Source: Mobula hypostoma (lineage: Eukaryota). From it: 64,000 nt of DNA. The stretch is taken from the NCBI RefSeq assembly GCF_963921235.1, contig NC_086097.1, positions 225,558,001 through 225,622,000 on the forward strand, written 5' to 3'. Made by a program: the position numbers and the translations under genes. The notes below the pieces were generated by a model. That model did no database searches, was not told the DNA's origin, and saw nothing but the letters and a program-made list of their open reading frames with translations. Below are positions 24,395 through 37,095 of this stretch, one piece after another; position 1 is the stretch's first letter; each line of letters begins with the position of its first letter.

Positions 24395-25783
24395 ATGGTG
24401 ATGAAATGCTTTGAGAGGTTGGTTATGGCTAGAATCAAATTCTGCCTCAGCAAGGACCTGAATCCATTGCAATTTGCCTATTGATACAATAGATTGCAGA
24501 CGCAATCTCAATGGCTCTTCATGTGGCCTTAGGTCACTTGGACAATGTGGTAAACCATGTATATATGTTGTAACTCGGTTGCCTGTCTGGACACACCCCT
24601 CTGCTGACTGCCCCTGTGGCTCCTCCCACAGAGTCCTGTATAAAGGTGTTCACCTTGCCCCTCCCCCTCAGTCCGGGGGCAGACACTCACTGTGGAGGTC
24701 GTATTGTACAGCGAATAAAAGCCTTTCAGTATTTTACCAAACCTCAGTCTTTTGGAGTAATTGAAGGTGCTTCAGACAATACAAACACCTATATCAGGAT
24801 GCTGTTCTTTGACTATAGCTCAGCATTTATCACCATCATTCCTACAGTCCTGAACTAAAAGCTACAAAACCTGGGTCTCTGTACCTCTCTCTGCAATTGC
24901 ATCCTCGACTTCCTAACCAGAAGACCATAATCTGTACAGATTGGTAATCATATCTCCTTCTCACTGACGATCAACACTGGTGCACCTCAAGGGTGTGTGC
25001 TTAGCCCACTGCTCTACTCTCTCTATAGCCACAATTGTGTGACTAGGCAATGCTCAAATGCCATCTTTAAATTTGCTGATGATACAGCTATTGTTGGCAG
25101 AATTTCAAACAGTGATGAAAGGGCATACTGGAGTGATATATGCCACTTAGCTGAGTGGTGTTGTAGCATCAACCTGGCACTCAGCATCAGTAAGACCAAA
25201 GAGCTGATTGTGGACTTCAGAAAGGGTAGGATAAGGGAACATGAACCAATCTGCATAGAGAGATTATGAGTGGAGAGAGTGAGCAACTTCAAGTTCCAGG
25301 ACGTCAGCATCTCTGAGGATCTAACCCAGTCCCAATAACTCAAGGGTGCAGCTATAAAGAACACAAGACAGCTGCTATATTTCATTAGAGGTTTGAGGAG
25401 ATTTGGTTTGTCACCTAAAACATTCAAACTTCTTCAGATGTATTATGGAGAGCATTCTGACAGGCTTCACCACTGTCTGGTTTGGCGGAGGTGGTGGTGG
25501 TGTTATGGGGAGGAGCTTCTGCACAGGATAGGAAGAAGCTACAGAAAGTTGTAAAATTAGTCAGCTCCATCATGGGTACAAACCCCCACAGTATTCTAGA
25601 CATCTTCAAGGAATGGTGCCTCAGAGAGGACATGCCCTCTTCCCATTGTTACCGTCAGGAAGGAGGTACAGAAGCCTGAAGGCGCACACTCAGCGAGTCA
25701 GGAACAGCTTCTGCCCGTCTACGATCTGATTTCTGAATGGACATTGAACCCATGAGCTACTTTTTTGCACTACTTATTTAACT
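24395..25783 (+). mobile_element. Rex1/Babar-like LINE 3' half (tail resumes ~26410-26560)
   Basis: MKCFERLV, YIRMLFFDYSSAF, LSPLLYSLY, KFADDT, KTKELIVDF. Confidence 0.85.
24546..24774 (+). mobile_element. Solo LTR (Gypsy-type), 229 bp
   Basis: TG...CA termini, perfect 5-bp TSD gacaa (24541-24545, 24775-24779), TATAAA and AATAAA inside. Confidence 0.9.
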
Positions 25784-26408
25784 TAGATTAGATTAGATTA
25801 TGAGGATGCGCAGTCCTCTTTTATTGTCATTTAGTAATGCATGCATTAAGAAACGATACAATATTCCTCCGGTGTGATATCACAAAAACACAGGACAGAC
25901 CAAGACTGAAAAACTAACAAAACCACGTAATTATAACATATAGTTACAACAGTGCAACAATACCATAACTTGATGAAGAATAGTCCATGGCACAGTAAAA
26001 AAGTTCGAAGTTTTTCAAAAGTCCCGCATCTCACGCAGACAGGAGAAGGAAGAAAACTCTCCCTGCCATGCCCAACCACAGTCCGACTCTGAGTCGTCCG
26101 AAAACTTTGAGCTCTGATCAGCCCTCCAACACCGAGTACCGAGCACCATCTCTATCTGAACATTTCGACCTCAGCCTCGGTTGCCAGCAGCAGGCAAAGC
26201 CGGGGATTTTGGGGCCTACCCTCCGGAGATTCTCGATCGCACAGTAGCAGCGGCAGCGAACCAGGCATTTCAGAAATTTCTCCAGATGTTCCTCTGCTTC
26301 TCATGTCTGTCTTCATCAAATCAGAATTGTCCACGGCCCCTATTTAACAGATACAATATCATTTCACTGGAGAGCTGCGCGCGCTGCGTTGCGCTGCCAT
26401 CTTCTCCT
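25784..26408 (-). mobile_element. Non-autonomous LINE-derived element, copy 1
   Basis: 5' AAGATGGC, 3' aataaa-hairpin-(aatct)3; colinear with 58081-58737. Confidence 0.85.
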
Positions 26409-27650
26409 GCCACTCCATATATATTTTATATATATAGTACTTCATGTAATCCACAGTTTTTTATTCTTATGTATTGCATTGTACTGCTGCCACAAAAACA
26501 ACAGATTTCACAACATATGTTGGTGTTATTAAACCTGATTCTGATTTTCATCCTGATTCATATTACTCCTAGTACTATGTGTTAGTCAGGCAAGAATATG
26601 GTGATAGTACAGATGAATTAGTGGCTGAGAAAGTGGTGCAAAGGGCAAGGTTTCTGATATCAGCATTATTGGGATCTCTTCTGGGGAAGATGGGACTTGT
26701 GCAAAAAGCATGAGTTACACCTGAACTCAAAGAGGACAAACATCCTTGCGGGCAGGTTTGCTAGAGCTGTTGGAGGGGGGGGAGGGTTTAAATTAAGTGG
26801 GAACCAGAGTGATGGGGCAGTTGGTATACAAGTCAATGCGGTGTTTAGTGAGACTGTGAGGAAGGACACACAGAATACAGGACTAAGTTTTAGTCGGTGG
26901 GATGAGGTAAAGTGTAACATGGGGGAAAATTGAAAAGTGGGATGAATATAATACAAAGGGTGTTATATTTGAATACAGTTGCTACACAGAATAAGGTAGA
27001 TGATCTTATAGTGCAGTTAGAGATGGGCAGGTATGACATTGTGGGCATTACTGAGACAGCTGAAAGGAGATCATAGTTTGGAGTTTAACACCCATGGATA
27101 CATCTTATACCAAAAGGACGGGCAGGTAGGCAGAAGGGGGTGAGGTGGCTCAGTTGGTAAAAAGTGAAATCAAATCCTTTGAAAGAGATGACATAGGATC
27201 AGAAGATGTGGAATCCTTGTGGGCAGAGTTACGGAACTGCATGAGTGAAAAGACCATGCAAGCAGGCTATTTGCACTGAGGTTGGGTGAGACTACAACTT
27301 TCACTCATGGGCCAAGGGTGAGAGGTGAAATGCTTAAGGCGAACATGTGGGGAAAATCCTTCACTCAGCGGATGGTGAGAGTGTGGAACGAGCGGTGGAT
27401 GTGTTTTAATTTCAACGTTTAAGAGAAATTTGGATGGATGGGAGGGGTATGGATGACTATGGTCTGGGTGCAGCTTCAGTGGGACTAGGCAGTTTAAATG
27501 GAAGGGCCTGGACAAGATGGGACAAAGGGCCAGTTTCGGGGCTGTAGTTTGCTATGACTCTATGACCCTGATGGGAGATATACAAGCTGCTAAACAGTAG
27601 CCAGGATGTGGGATATAAATTTTAATGGGAAATAAAAAAAGCATTTAAAA

Positions 27651-28480
27651 CATAGAACATAGAACAATACAGTACAGAAACAGGCTATTTGGCCCACTAT
27701 GTTGTGCTGAACCAAAACAAATCAAAAACTCCCATACACTAATCCCTCCTACATACACAATGTCCATATCCCTCCATCTTCCTTCCATCTATGTGCCTAT
27801 GCAAACATCTCTTAAAAGCCTCTAATGTATTTGCCTCTATCACCATAAGAGGTAGTGCATTCCAGGCATCCACCACTCTCTGAGTAAAAAAATGACCCCA
27901 TCACATCCCCTTGAAGCTGCCCTCACAACACGCTGGAGGAACTCAGCAGGTCGGACAGCATCAGTGGAAACGATCAGTCAGCTTGTTGACTGATCGTTTC
28001 CACGGATGCTGCCCGACCTGCTGAGTTCCTCCAGCATGTTGTGAGTGTTGCTTTGACCCCAGTGTCTGCAGAGTATTTTGTGTTTACCCTTGAACCTGCC
28101 CCCTCTCACCTACAATGCATGCATGTATTAGATATTTCAACCTTGGGAAACACACACTTCCTGTCTACTCTATCTATGCCTTACATAATCTTAAAAAAAT
28201 CTCTATCAGATCTCCCCTCAGCGTCTTCAATTCCAAAGAAAACAACCCAAGTCTATCCAGCCTCTCATGATAGCACATACCCTCTAAACCAGACAGCAAC
28301 CGAGTAAACTTCTTCTACACCCTCTCCAAAAAGCCACAAGATCCTTCTTATAGTAGGGTGGCCGGAACCTATGCAATACTCTAGATGTGGCCTAACCAGA
28401 GTTTTATAAAGTTGTAATATTACCTCGTGACTTTTGAACTCAATGCTTTGACTAATGAAAGCAAGCATTTCATAAATGTT
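27651..28480 (-). mobile_element. CR1 3' fragment hosting the fold-back element
   Basis: catagaacatagaac tail; LQLYKTLVRPHLEYC. Confidence 0.8.
27922..28086. mobile_element. Penelope-derived fold-back (palindromic) insertion
   Basis: 59-bp arms 27922-27980 and 27987-28045; TSD cccttgaagctgcc (27908-27921) / cccttgaacctgcc (28087-28100). Confidence 0.85.
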
Positions 28481-28870
28481 CTGATGGGCATGGGGGAAAT
28501 CAATATGCAAGTAGATCAGGTTGATTCTGGATCCCAGGAAAGCAAATTTGCAGAATACCTACAACTTGTGGTTGAGCCCACTAGGGGAAAGGCGAATCTA
28601 AATTCAGAGTTGTGTAATGAGCCAGATTTGATTAGAGAGCCCAAGGAAAAGGAACCCTGAGAGGGCAGTGATCACTCAGCCATTTGAGAGGAGAAGCTAA
28701 TGTTAGATGTATCAGTATTACAGTGGAGCAAAGGGAAATACTGAGGTATGAGAGAGGAGCTGGCCAAAGTTGACTGAGAAGGGGGCACTAGTCGGATGAC
28801 AGCAGAACAGCAGTTGCTGGAGTTTCTGTGGTCAATTCGGAAGGCAAAAGATAGTATCATCCTAAAGATG

Positions 28871-30088
28871 AGGATGTGACGAAACACATTGATGAAGGAA
28901 GAGCAGTAGATGTAGTGTATGTGGATTTCAGCAAGGCATTTTAAAAGGTACCCCATGCGAGGCTTATTGAGAAAGTAAGGAGGCATGGGATACAAGGGGA
29001 CATTGCTTTGTGGATCCAGAACTGGCTTGCCCACAGAAGGCAAAGAGTGGTTGTAGACAGGTCATATTCTGCATGGAGGTCGGTGACCAATAGGGTGCCT
29101 CACGGATCTGTTCTGGGACCCTTACCCTTCATGATTGGATGAGGAAGTGGAGGGATGTGTTAGTAGGTTTGCTGATGACATAAAGGTTGGGGGTGTTGTG
29201 GATCGCGTGGAGGGCTGTCAGAGGTTACAGCGGGACGTTGATAGGATGCAAAACTGGGCTGAGAAGTGGCAGATGGAGTTTAACCCAGATAAGTGTGAAG
29301 TGGTTCATTTTAGTAGGTCAAATATGATGGTAGAATATAGTATTAATGGTAAAGACTCTTGGCAGTGTGGAGGATCAGAGGGATCTTGGGGTCTGAGTCC
29401 ATAGGACGCTCAAAGCAGCTGCGCAGGTTGACTCTGTGGTTAAGAAAGCATACGGTTTATTAGCCTTCATCAATCGTGGAATTGAATTTAGGAGCCGAGA
29501 GGTAATGTTGCAGCTATATAGGACCCTGGTCAGACCCCAGTTGGTGTATTGTGCTCAGTTCTGGTCGCCTCACTACAGGAAGAGGAAGGATGTGGATACC
29601 ATAAAAAGGGTGCAGAGGAGACTTACATGAATGTTGCCTGTATGGGGAGCATGCCTTATGAAGACAGGTTAAGTGAACTCGGCTTTTTCTCTTTGGAGCG
29701 ATGGAGGATGAGAGGTGACCTGATAGAGGTGTGTAAGATGATGAGAGGCATTGATCGTCTGGATAGTCAGAGGCTTTTTCCCAGGGCTGAAATGGCTGCC
29801 ACAAGAGAGCACAGGTTTAAGGTGCTGGGGAGTAGGTACAAAGGAGATGTCAGGGGTAAGCTTTTTATGCAGTGAGTGGTAAGTGTGTGGAATGGGCTGC
29901 CGGCAACGGTGATGGAGGCGGATATGATAGGGTCTTTTAAGAGATTCCTGGATATATACATGGAGCTTAGTAAAATAGAGGGCTATGGGTAACCCTAGTA
30001 ATTTCTAAGGTAGGGACATGTTCAGCACAACCTTGTGGGCCATAGGACCTGTATTGTGCTGTAGGTTTTCTATATTTTTATTTTTTTC
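28871..30088 (+). mobile_element. CR1 RT and 3' fragment, nested in the older CR1
   Basis: VDFSKAF, SRFADDIKVGG, LYRTLVRPQL; 3' UTR shared with 19540-20602 and the element starting at 49862. Confidence 0.9.
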
Positions 30089-30455
30089 TATGAATAAGTA
30101 TTCTAAAGGAAGAATGAGGCAACCATGGCCGATAAAGGAAGTCAAAGGCAGCATAAATGCCAAAGAGAGGGCATATAATATAGAAGCAATTAATTGGGTT
30201 AAAAACCAACAGGAGGCAACTAAAAAAAATAAGGAGAAATAAGATGAAATATGAAAGTAAGCTAGCCAATAATATCAAAGTATATACCAAAAGTTTTTTT
30301 TCAGCAAAAGAGACGCAGGAGTGCATCTCAAGCAGCTGGAAAATGATATTGGAGAGGTTGTAATGGGAGAGAAAGAAACGGCAGATGATCTTGCAACACA
30401 CATCAAAGTTGCTGGTGAACGCAGCAGGCCAGGCAGCATCTGTAGGAAGAGGTGC

Positions 30456-30491
30456 AGTCAACGTTTCAGGCCGAGACCCTTCGTCAGGACT
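30456..30491 (-). ncRNA. Minimal type I hammerhead ribozyme (GUU triplet)
   Basis: Minus strand agtc-CTGACGA-agg gtctcgg cct-GAAAC-GTT-gact. Confidence 0.75.
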
Positions 30492-30783
30492 AACTGAAGG
30501 AAGAGTGAGCAAGGGATTTGAAAGTTGGAGGGGGAGGTGGAGATCCAAAATGATAGGAGAAGACAGGAGGGGGAGGGATAGAGCCAAGAGCTGAACAGGT
30601 GATAGGCAAAAAGGGATACGAGAGGATATGGGACAGGAGGTCCAGGAAGAAAGACAAGGGGGGGGGACCCAGAGGATGGGCAAGAGGTATATTCAGAGGG
30701 ACAGAGGGAGAAAAAGGAGAGTGAGAGAAAGAATGTGTGCATAAAAATAAGTAACAGATGGGGTACAAGGGGGAGGTGGGGCC

Positions 30784-33131
30784 TTAGCGGAAGTTAGAGA
30801 AGTCGATGTTCATGCCACCAGGTTGGGGGCTACCCAGACGGAATATAAGGTGTTGTTCCTCCAACCTGAGTGTGGCTTCATCTTTACAGTAGAGGAGGCC
30901 GTGGATAGACATGTCAGAATGGAAATGGGATGTGGAATTAAAATGTGTGGCAACTGGGAGATCCTGCTTTCTGTGGCGGACAGAGCGTAGATGTTCAGCA
31001 AAGCGGTCTCCCAGTCTGCGTCGGGTCTCGCCAATATATATATAAGGCCACATCGGAAGCACCGGACGCAGTATATCACCCCAGTCGACTCACAGGTGAA
31101 GTGTTCCCTCACCTGGAAGGACTGTTTGGGGCCCTGAATGGTGGTAAGGGAGGAAGTGTAAGGGCATGTGTAGCACTTGTTCCGCTTACACGGATAAGTG
31201 CCAGGAGGGAGATCAGTGGGGAGGGATGGGGGGATGAATGGACAAGGGAGTTGCGTAGGAAGCAATCCCTGCGGAATGCAGAGGGGGTGGGAGGGAAAGA
31301 TGTGCTTAGTGGTGGGATCCCGTTGGAGGTGGCGGAAGTTACGGAGAATAATATGTTGGACCCGGAGGCTGGTGGGGTGGTAAGTGAGGACCAGGGGAAC
31401 CCTATTCCTAGTGGGGTGGCGGGAGGATGGAGTGAGAGCAGATGTACGTGAAATGGGGGAGATGCGTTTAAGAGCAGAGTTGATAGTGGAGGAAGGGAAG
31501 CCCCTTTCTTTAAAAAAGGAAGACATCTCCCTCGTCCTAGAATGAAAAGCCTCATCCTGAGAGCAGATGCGGCGGAGACGGAGGAATTGCGAGAAGGGGA
31601 TGGCGTTTTTGCAAGAGACAGGGTGAGAAGAGGAATAGTCCAGATAGCTGTGAGAGTCAGTAGGCTTATAGTAGACATCAGTGGATAAGTTGTCTCCAGA
31701 GACAGAGACAGAAAGATCTAGAAAGGGGAGGGAGGTGTCGGAAGTGGACCAGGTAAACTTGAGGGCAGGGTGAAAGTTGGAGGCAAAGTTAATAAAGTCA
31801 ACGAGTTCTGCATGCGTGCAGGAAGCAGCGCCAATGCAGTCGTCGATGTAGCGAAGGAAAAGTGGGGGACAGATACCAGAATAGGCACGGAACATAGATT
31901 TTTCCACAAAGCCAACAAAAAGGCAGGCATAGCTAGGACCCATACGGGTGCCCATAGCTACACCTTTAGTTTGGAGGAAGTGGGAGGAGCCAAAGGAGAA
32001 ATTATTAAGAGTAAGGACTAATTCCGCTAGACAGAGCAGAGTGGTGGTAGAGGGGAACTGATTAGGTCTGGAATCCAAAAAGAAGCGTAGAGCTTTGAGA
32101 CCATCCTGATGGGGGATGAAAGTATATAAGGACTGGACATCCATGGTGAAAATAAAGCGGTGGGGGCCAGGGAACTGAAAATCATCGAAAAGTTTAAGAG
32201 CGTGAGAAGTGTCACGAACATAGGTCGGAAGGGATTGAACAAGGGGTGATAAAACCGTGTCGAGGTGTGCAGAAACGAGTTCGGTGGGGCAGGAGCAAGC
32301 TGAGACAATAGGTCAGCCAGGACAGGCAGGTTTGTGGATCTTGGGTAGGAGGTAGAAATGGGAAGTGCCGGGTGTGGGAACTATAAGGTTGGTAGCAGTG
32401 GATGGGAGATCTCCTGAGTGGATAAAGTCGGTGATGGTGTGGGAGACAATGGCCTGGTGCTCCTTAGTGGGGTCACGATCGAGGGGTAAATAAGAGGAGG
32501 TATCCGCGAGTTGTCGCTGTGCCTCGGCAAGGTAGAGGTCAGTACGCCAGACTACAACAGCACCCCCCTTATCGGCGGGTTTAATAATAAGGTTAGGATT
32601 AGTGCGGAGGGAGTGGAGAGCAGAGCGTTCCGAAGGAGTGAGGTTGGAATGGGGACAAGGTGCGGTGAAGTCGAGACGGTTGATGTCCCGTCGGCAATTA
32701 GCAATAAAGAGATCCAGAGCAGGCAGAAGACCAGAGCGGGGTGTCCATGAAGAAGAGGAGGGTTGAAGACGGGAGAAGGGGTCATTGGTGGGGGTGGAAG
32801 AGTCCTTGCCGAAGAAGTAGGCTCGGAGACGGAGAACGGCAGAAGAAAAGTTCCGCATCGTGGCGAACACGGAACTCGCTGAGGTGTGGGCAAGAGGGGA
32901 CAAAAGTGAGGCCCTTACTGAGAACAGAGCATTCTGCCTCCGACAGTTGAAGGTCGGAGGGGATGGTAAAGACCCGGCACGGATGAGAGCTGGGATCAGA
33001 GGGGGGAGGGGGGAGGCTGGGGGTGTCAATGGAGAGGGGAGGGTTGAGGTGAGAGGAAGATGGAGCCTCTGAGGGCCCAGGAGTTGACGGTGGTGGGGGA
33101 AGGGGAGACGGGAGTCACAACAGCAGCACAT
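30784..33131 (-). pseudogene. Penelope RT/GIY-YIG ORF with one in-frame TGA (32313-32315) and frameshifts near 31220-31300 and ~31040
   Basis: ORFs 32313-33131 and 30810-32144 share a frame; the C-terminus continues in 30784-31062. Confidence 0.9.
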
Positions 33132-35139
33132 AAAGACCCAGCCTGGAGTTCAAGGCTGGAGTTGCAGTTGGTGGTTGCGCAATCGCTGTGAAGGTGTCCA
33201 TGGTCGTTGCTGGAGTCCGGGTTTTGAATATGCCCTGAGGTGTTGGAGCCGGCGAGATCAATGGCAGGAGCCGCAATCTGAAGATGATCTTAACTATTTT
33301 GTATCATTCTTCACTGTAGAAGAAACTAGCAGCATGCCAGAAATTCGAAAGTGAGTGTAGTTGCTATTGCTAAGGAGAAAGTGCTTGGGAAGCTGAAAGG
33401 TCTGAAGGTAAATGGATTAGATGGAATATACCCTGGGTTCTTAAAGAGGTAGCTGAAGAAATGCAGCTGGAGGCATTAGTAATGTTCTTTCAAGAATCAC
33501 TTGATTCTGCAATAGTTCCAGAGGACCGGAAACTTTCAAATATCACTCCGCTCTTCGAGAAGGGAGGGTGGCCTCTCTCTTCAGTAGTTAGCTTCAGTGG
33601 TTGAGATGTTTCAATCCATTATTAAGGATGAGGTTTAGAGGTACTTGGAGATGCATGATGAAGTAGGCCATATTCAATATGGTTTCCTTAAAGGGAAATC
33701 TTGCCTGACAAATTTATTGGAATTCTTTGAGGAAATAACAGGCAGGACAGATGTAGGAGAGTCAGTGGATATTGTTTACTTGGATTTTCAGAAAGCCTTT
33801 GACATGGTGTCACACCTAAGGTTGCTTAACAAGATAAGAGCCCATGACAGTCAAGGAAAGATACCAGCAGGGATAGAAGATTGACTGGTTGGCAGGAGGC
33901 AAAGAGTTGGAATAAAGGGGGCTTATTTTGTTGGCTGCCAGTGACAAGTGGTATTCAATAGGAGTCGATATTGGGATTGCTTCTTTTTACATTATATGTC
34001 AATGATTCGGATGATAGAATTGATAGTTTGTGGCCAGGTTTGTAGATGATACAAAGATAGGGGAGTGGCCGATAACGTTGAAGAAGCATGAGTTCTGCAG
34101 AAAGACTTGGTCAGATTGGGTGAATGGGCAAAGACGTAGCAGATGAAATGTAGTATAGGGAAGTGTATAGTCATGCACTTTGTTAAAAGGAATAAAGGTG
34201 TAGACTATTTTCTAAACAGGAAAAAATAGAAAACAAAGGTGTAAATGGACTTGAGAGTCCTGGGCAGGATTCCCTAAAGGTTAACTTGCAGAATGAGCTG
34301 GTGGTAAAGAAGGCAAATATAACGTTAGCATTCAATTTGAGGGGACCAGATTACAAGAGCAAGGATGCGATGCCGAGGTTTTATAAGGCATTGGTCAGAT
34401 CACATTTGGAATATTGTGAGCAGATTGGGCCCCTTATCTAAGAAAGGGTGTGCTGGCATTGGACAGGGTCCAGAGGAAGTTCATGAGGCCAAGACCGTGG
34501 GTATACTTCTCGTGAAAATTTATAGTTTTCTGGTTGGTCTGGGCATCAAAGGTTATGGCAAGAAGGCAGGTGCATGGGGTTGAGCGGGAACCGGGATCAG
34601 CCATGATGAATGGCAGAGCAGACACGATGGGCTGAATGGCCTAATTCTGCTTTTATGTTTTTTGGTCTTATGAGAATGATTCTGGGAATGATATAGTTAA
34701 TGTATGAGGTGCACATCATGGTTCAGCGAGTTTCGATGAATGGGGGAGATTCTCATTGAAGCCTATTAAATATCGAAAGGACTAGACAGAGTGGATGCGA
34801 AGAAGTTGTTTCCTATAGTGGGTGAGTAGTGGACCAGAGAACACAGCCAGAGAATAGAGGGGCATCCATTTGGAATGGAGATGAGGAGGAATTTCTTTAG
34901 CCAGAGAGTATTGAATCTGTGGAATTCTTTGTCACAGGCAGCTGTGGAGGCCAAGTCTTTATGTATACTTAAGACAGAGGTTGATAGATTCTGGATTGGT
35001 CAGAGCATAAAGGGATGTGGGGAGAAGGCAGGAGGTTGGGGCTGAGAGGAAAATTGGATCAGCCATGATGAAATGGCAGAACAGACTCAGTGGGCTGAGA
35101 TTCCTATTTCTGCTCTTATGTCTTATGGTCTAATGGTCC

Positions 35140-37095
35140 ATTGAATCAAATTAGGAATGTACACCATCTGGTCCAGGTGACTTCATTCAGAACTTTCAGT
35201 TTCCCAAGAACCTTCTCTCTAGTTATGGTAGTTTCTTACACTTCATGCCCCCTGACACCTGGAACTTCGACCATACTGCTAGTGTCTTCCACAGTGAAGA
35301 CTGATGCAAAATACTTATTCAGTTTGTCTGCCATTTCATTCTATCCATTACTACCTCTTCAGCATCATTTTCCAGTGGTCCAATATCCACTTTCACCTCT
35401 CTTTTACACTTTATGTATCTGAAGAATCTTTCGGTATCCTCTCTAATATTATTGGCTAGCTTACTTTCGTATTCCATCTTTACCATCTCAATGACATTTG
35501 TAGTTGCCTTCTGTTGGTATTTTAAAGCTTCCCAATCATCTAACTACCCACTAATTTTATTATATACCCTCCCTTTGGCTTTTATGTTTGCTTTGACTTC
35601 TCTTGTTAGCCATGATTTTATCATCTTTCCTTTAGAATACTTCTTCCTCTTTGGGATGTCTATATCCTGTGCCTTCTGAATTGCTTCCAGAAATTCCAGC
35701 CGTTGCTGCTCTGCCATCATTCTGGCCAACTCCTCTCTCATGCCTCTGTAATTCCTTTTACTCCAGTGTAACATTGATACATTTGACGTTAGCTTCTCCT
35801 TCTCAAATTTCAGGGTGAATTTGGTCGTATTATGATCATTCATGCCTAAGTGTTCTTTTACCTTAACTCTCTAATCAATTCCAGTTCATTGCACAACATC
35901 GAATCCAGAATAGCCGATCCCATAGTGGGCTCAGACAAGCGCAGCTCTAAAAAAAAGTCATCCTGTAGGCACTCTAGAAACTCCCTCTCCAGGAATCCAG
36001 TGCCAACCCCATGTTCCAAATCTACCTGTATATTGAAGTCTCCCATGACTATTGTAACATTACCCTCTTGGCATGCATTTTCTATCTCCCATTGTAATTT
36101 GTAGGCCATATCGTCACTACTGTTCAGACCCGTATATAATTCCCATCTGGGTCTTTTTACATCTGCAGTTCCTTAGCTCTATCCATAATGATTCAACATC
36201 CTCTGGCCCTGTGTCACCTCTTTCTAATGATTTGATTTCATTTTTTTACCAGAGCAACACTGTCCTTTCTACCTTCCTGTCTATCCTTTCAACACAATGT
36301 GTATTCTTGGGCATTTAGTTCCTAGCTATAATCTTCCAGCTGTGATTCCTTGATGCCTACAACATCATACCTGCTAATCTGCAACTGTGCTGCAAGTTTG
36401 TTTACCTCATTCTGTATACTGCACACATTGAGATATAACATCTTCAGTCCTGTATTCACCCTTTTTGATTTTGTCCACCTTTTATGTTGCAACTTATCCC
36501 ATTGACTACAATTTTGTCCTTTCAGCTGCCTCTTATCACTACTCGTTGCCTCTGTTTGTAAACCATATACCTTATCTTCAGCTCTGTTATCCACCTTTCC
36601 TATAATACGTCTAACATTGAAACTCAGGACAATATTTGTACCATGCTCAACCTTTTGATTCCTAACTTTGAGGGCTTACCAACATCTGCCTCCACAACCT
36701 CTCCTCTTACTTTTCTGGGACTCTGGTTCCCATCCCCCTGCAACACTAGTTTAAACTCCACCATATAGCATTAACAAACCTTCCCACTATAATATTTGTC
36801 CCCCTCCAGTTGAGGTGCTAGTCATCCATTTCTGTACTGGTCCCACCTTCCCTGGAAGAGACCCCAGTGATCCAAAATTATTTTGCTCTCCCTTCTACAC
36901 CAACTCACTAGCCACATATTAAAATGTGTAATCTTCCTAGTTCTGCCCTCACTAGTACTTGGCAGGGGTAACAATCCTGAGGTCACAGCCATGGAGATTC
37001 AGCCCTTTAACTTAGCACCTAACTCCCTGTGCAGAACCTTGTTACTCATCCTATCCACATCATTGGTACCTATATGGATCACAACTTCTGGCTGA
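35140..37095 (-). mobile_element. Old CR1 5' part (ORF1 esterase end, EN, linker)
   Basis: MLYLNVCSIQN, YDVVGI, IVMGDFN, DHNTTKF; ORF1 PEVVIHIGTND. Confidence 0.8.

Larger units (their letters stand above)
30393..33281 (-). mobile_element. Penelope-like element (Neptune-type), 5'-truncated, RT + Cys-rich linker + GIY-YIG
   Basis: IIKPADKGGAVVV, LPKIHK, MDVQSLYT, GVAMGTRMGPSYA, FLRYIDD, FLDL, CKRNKCYTC, GVIYC..YIGETRRRLGDRFAEH; 10-bp TSD agatgatctt at 30383-30392 and 33282-33291. Confidence 0.95.
26590..35135 (+). mobile_element. Old CR1 (ORF1 end to 3' UTR) fragmented by at least five insertions
   Basis: Host pieces in colinear order: 26590-27250 (LHLNSKRTNILAGRF; EN), 27565-27650, 28480-28870, 30090-30392, 33282-34486, 34672-35135 (RT to 3' UTR). 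Confidence 0.8.

Noticed and set aside
32313..32315. In-frame TGA in the Penelope ORF as possible selenocysteine, as in Naiad-type elements
   Set aside because: It replaces the Arg of the conserved RPIVS motif (CGA>TGA CpG decay), not a Cys, and no SECIS was recognised
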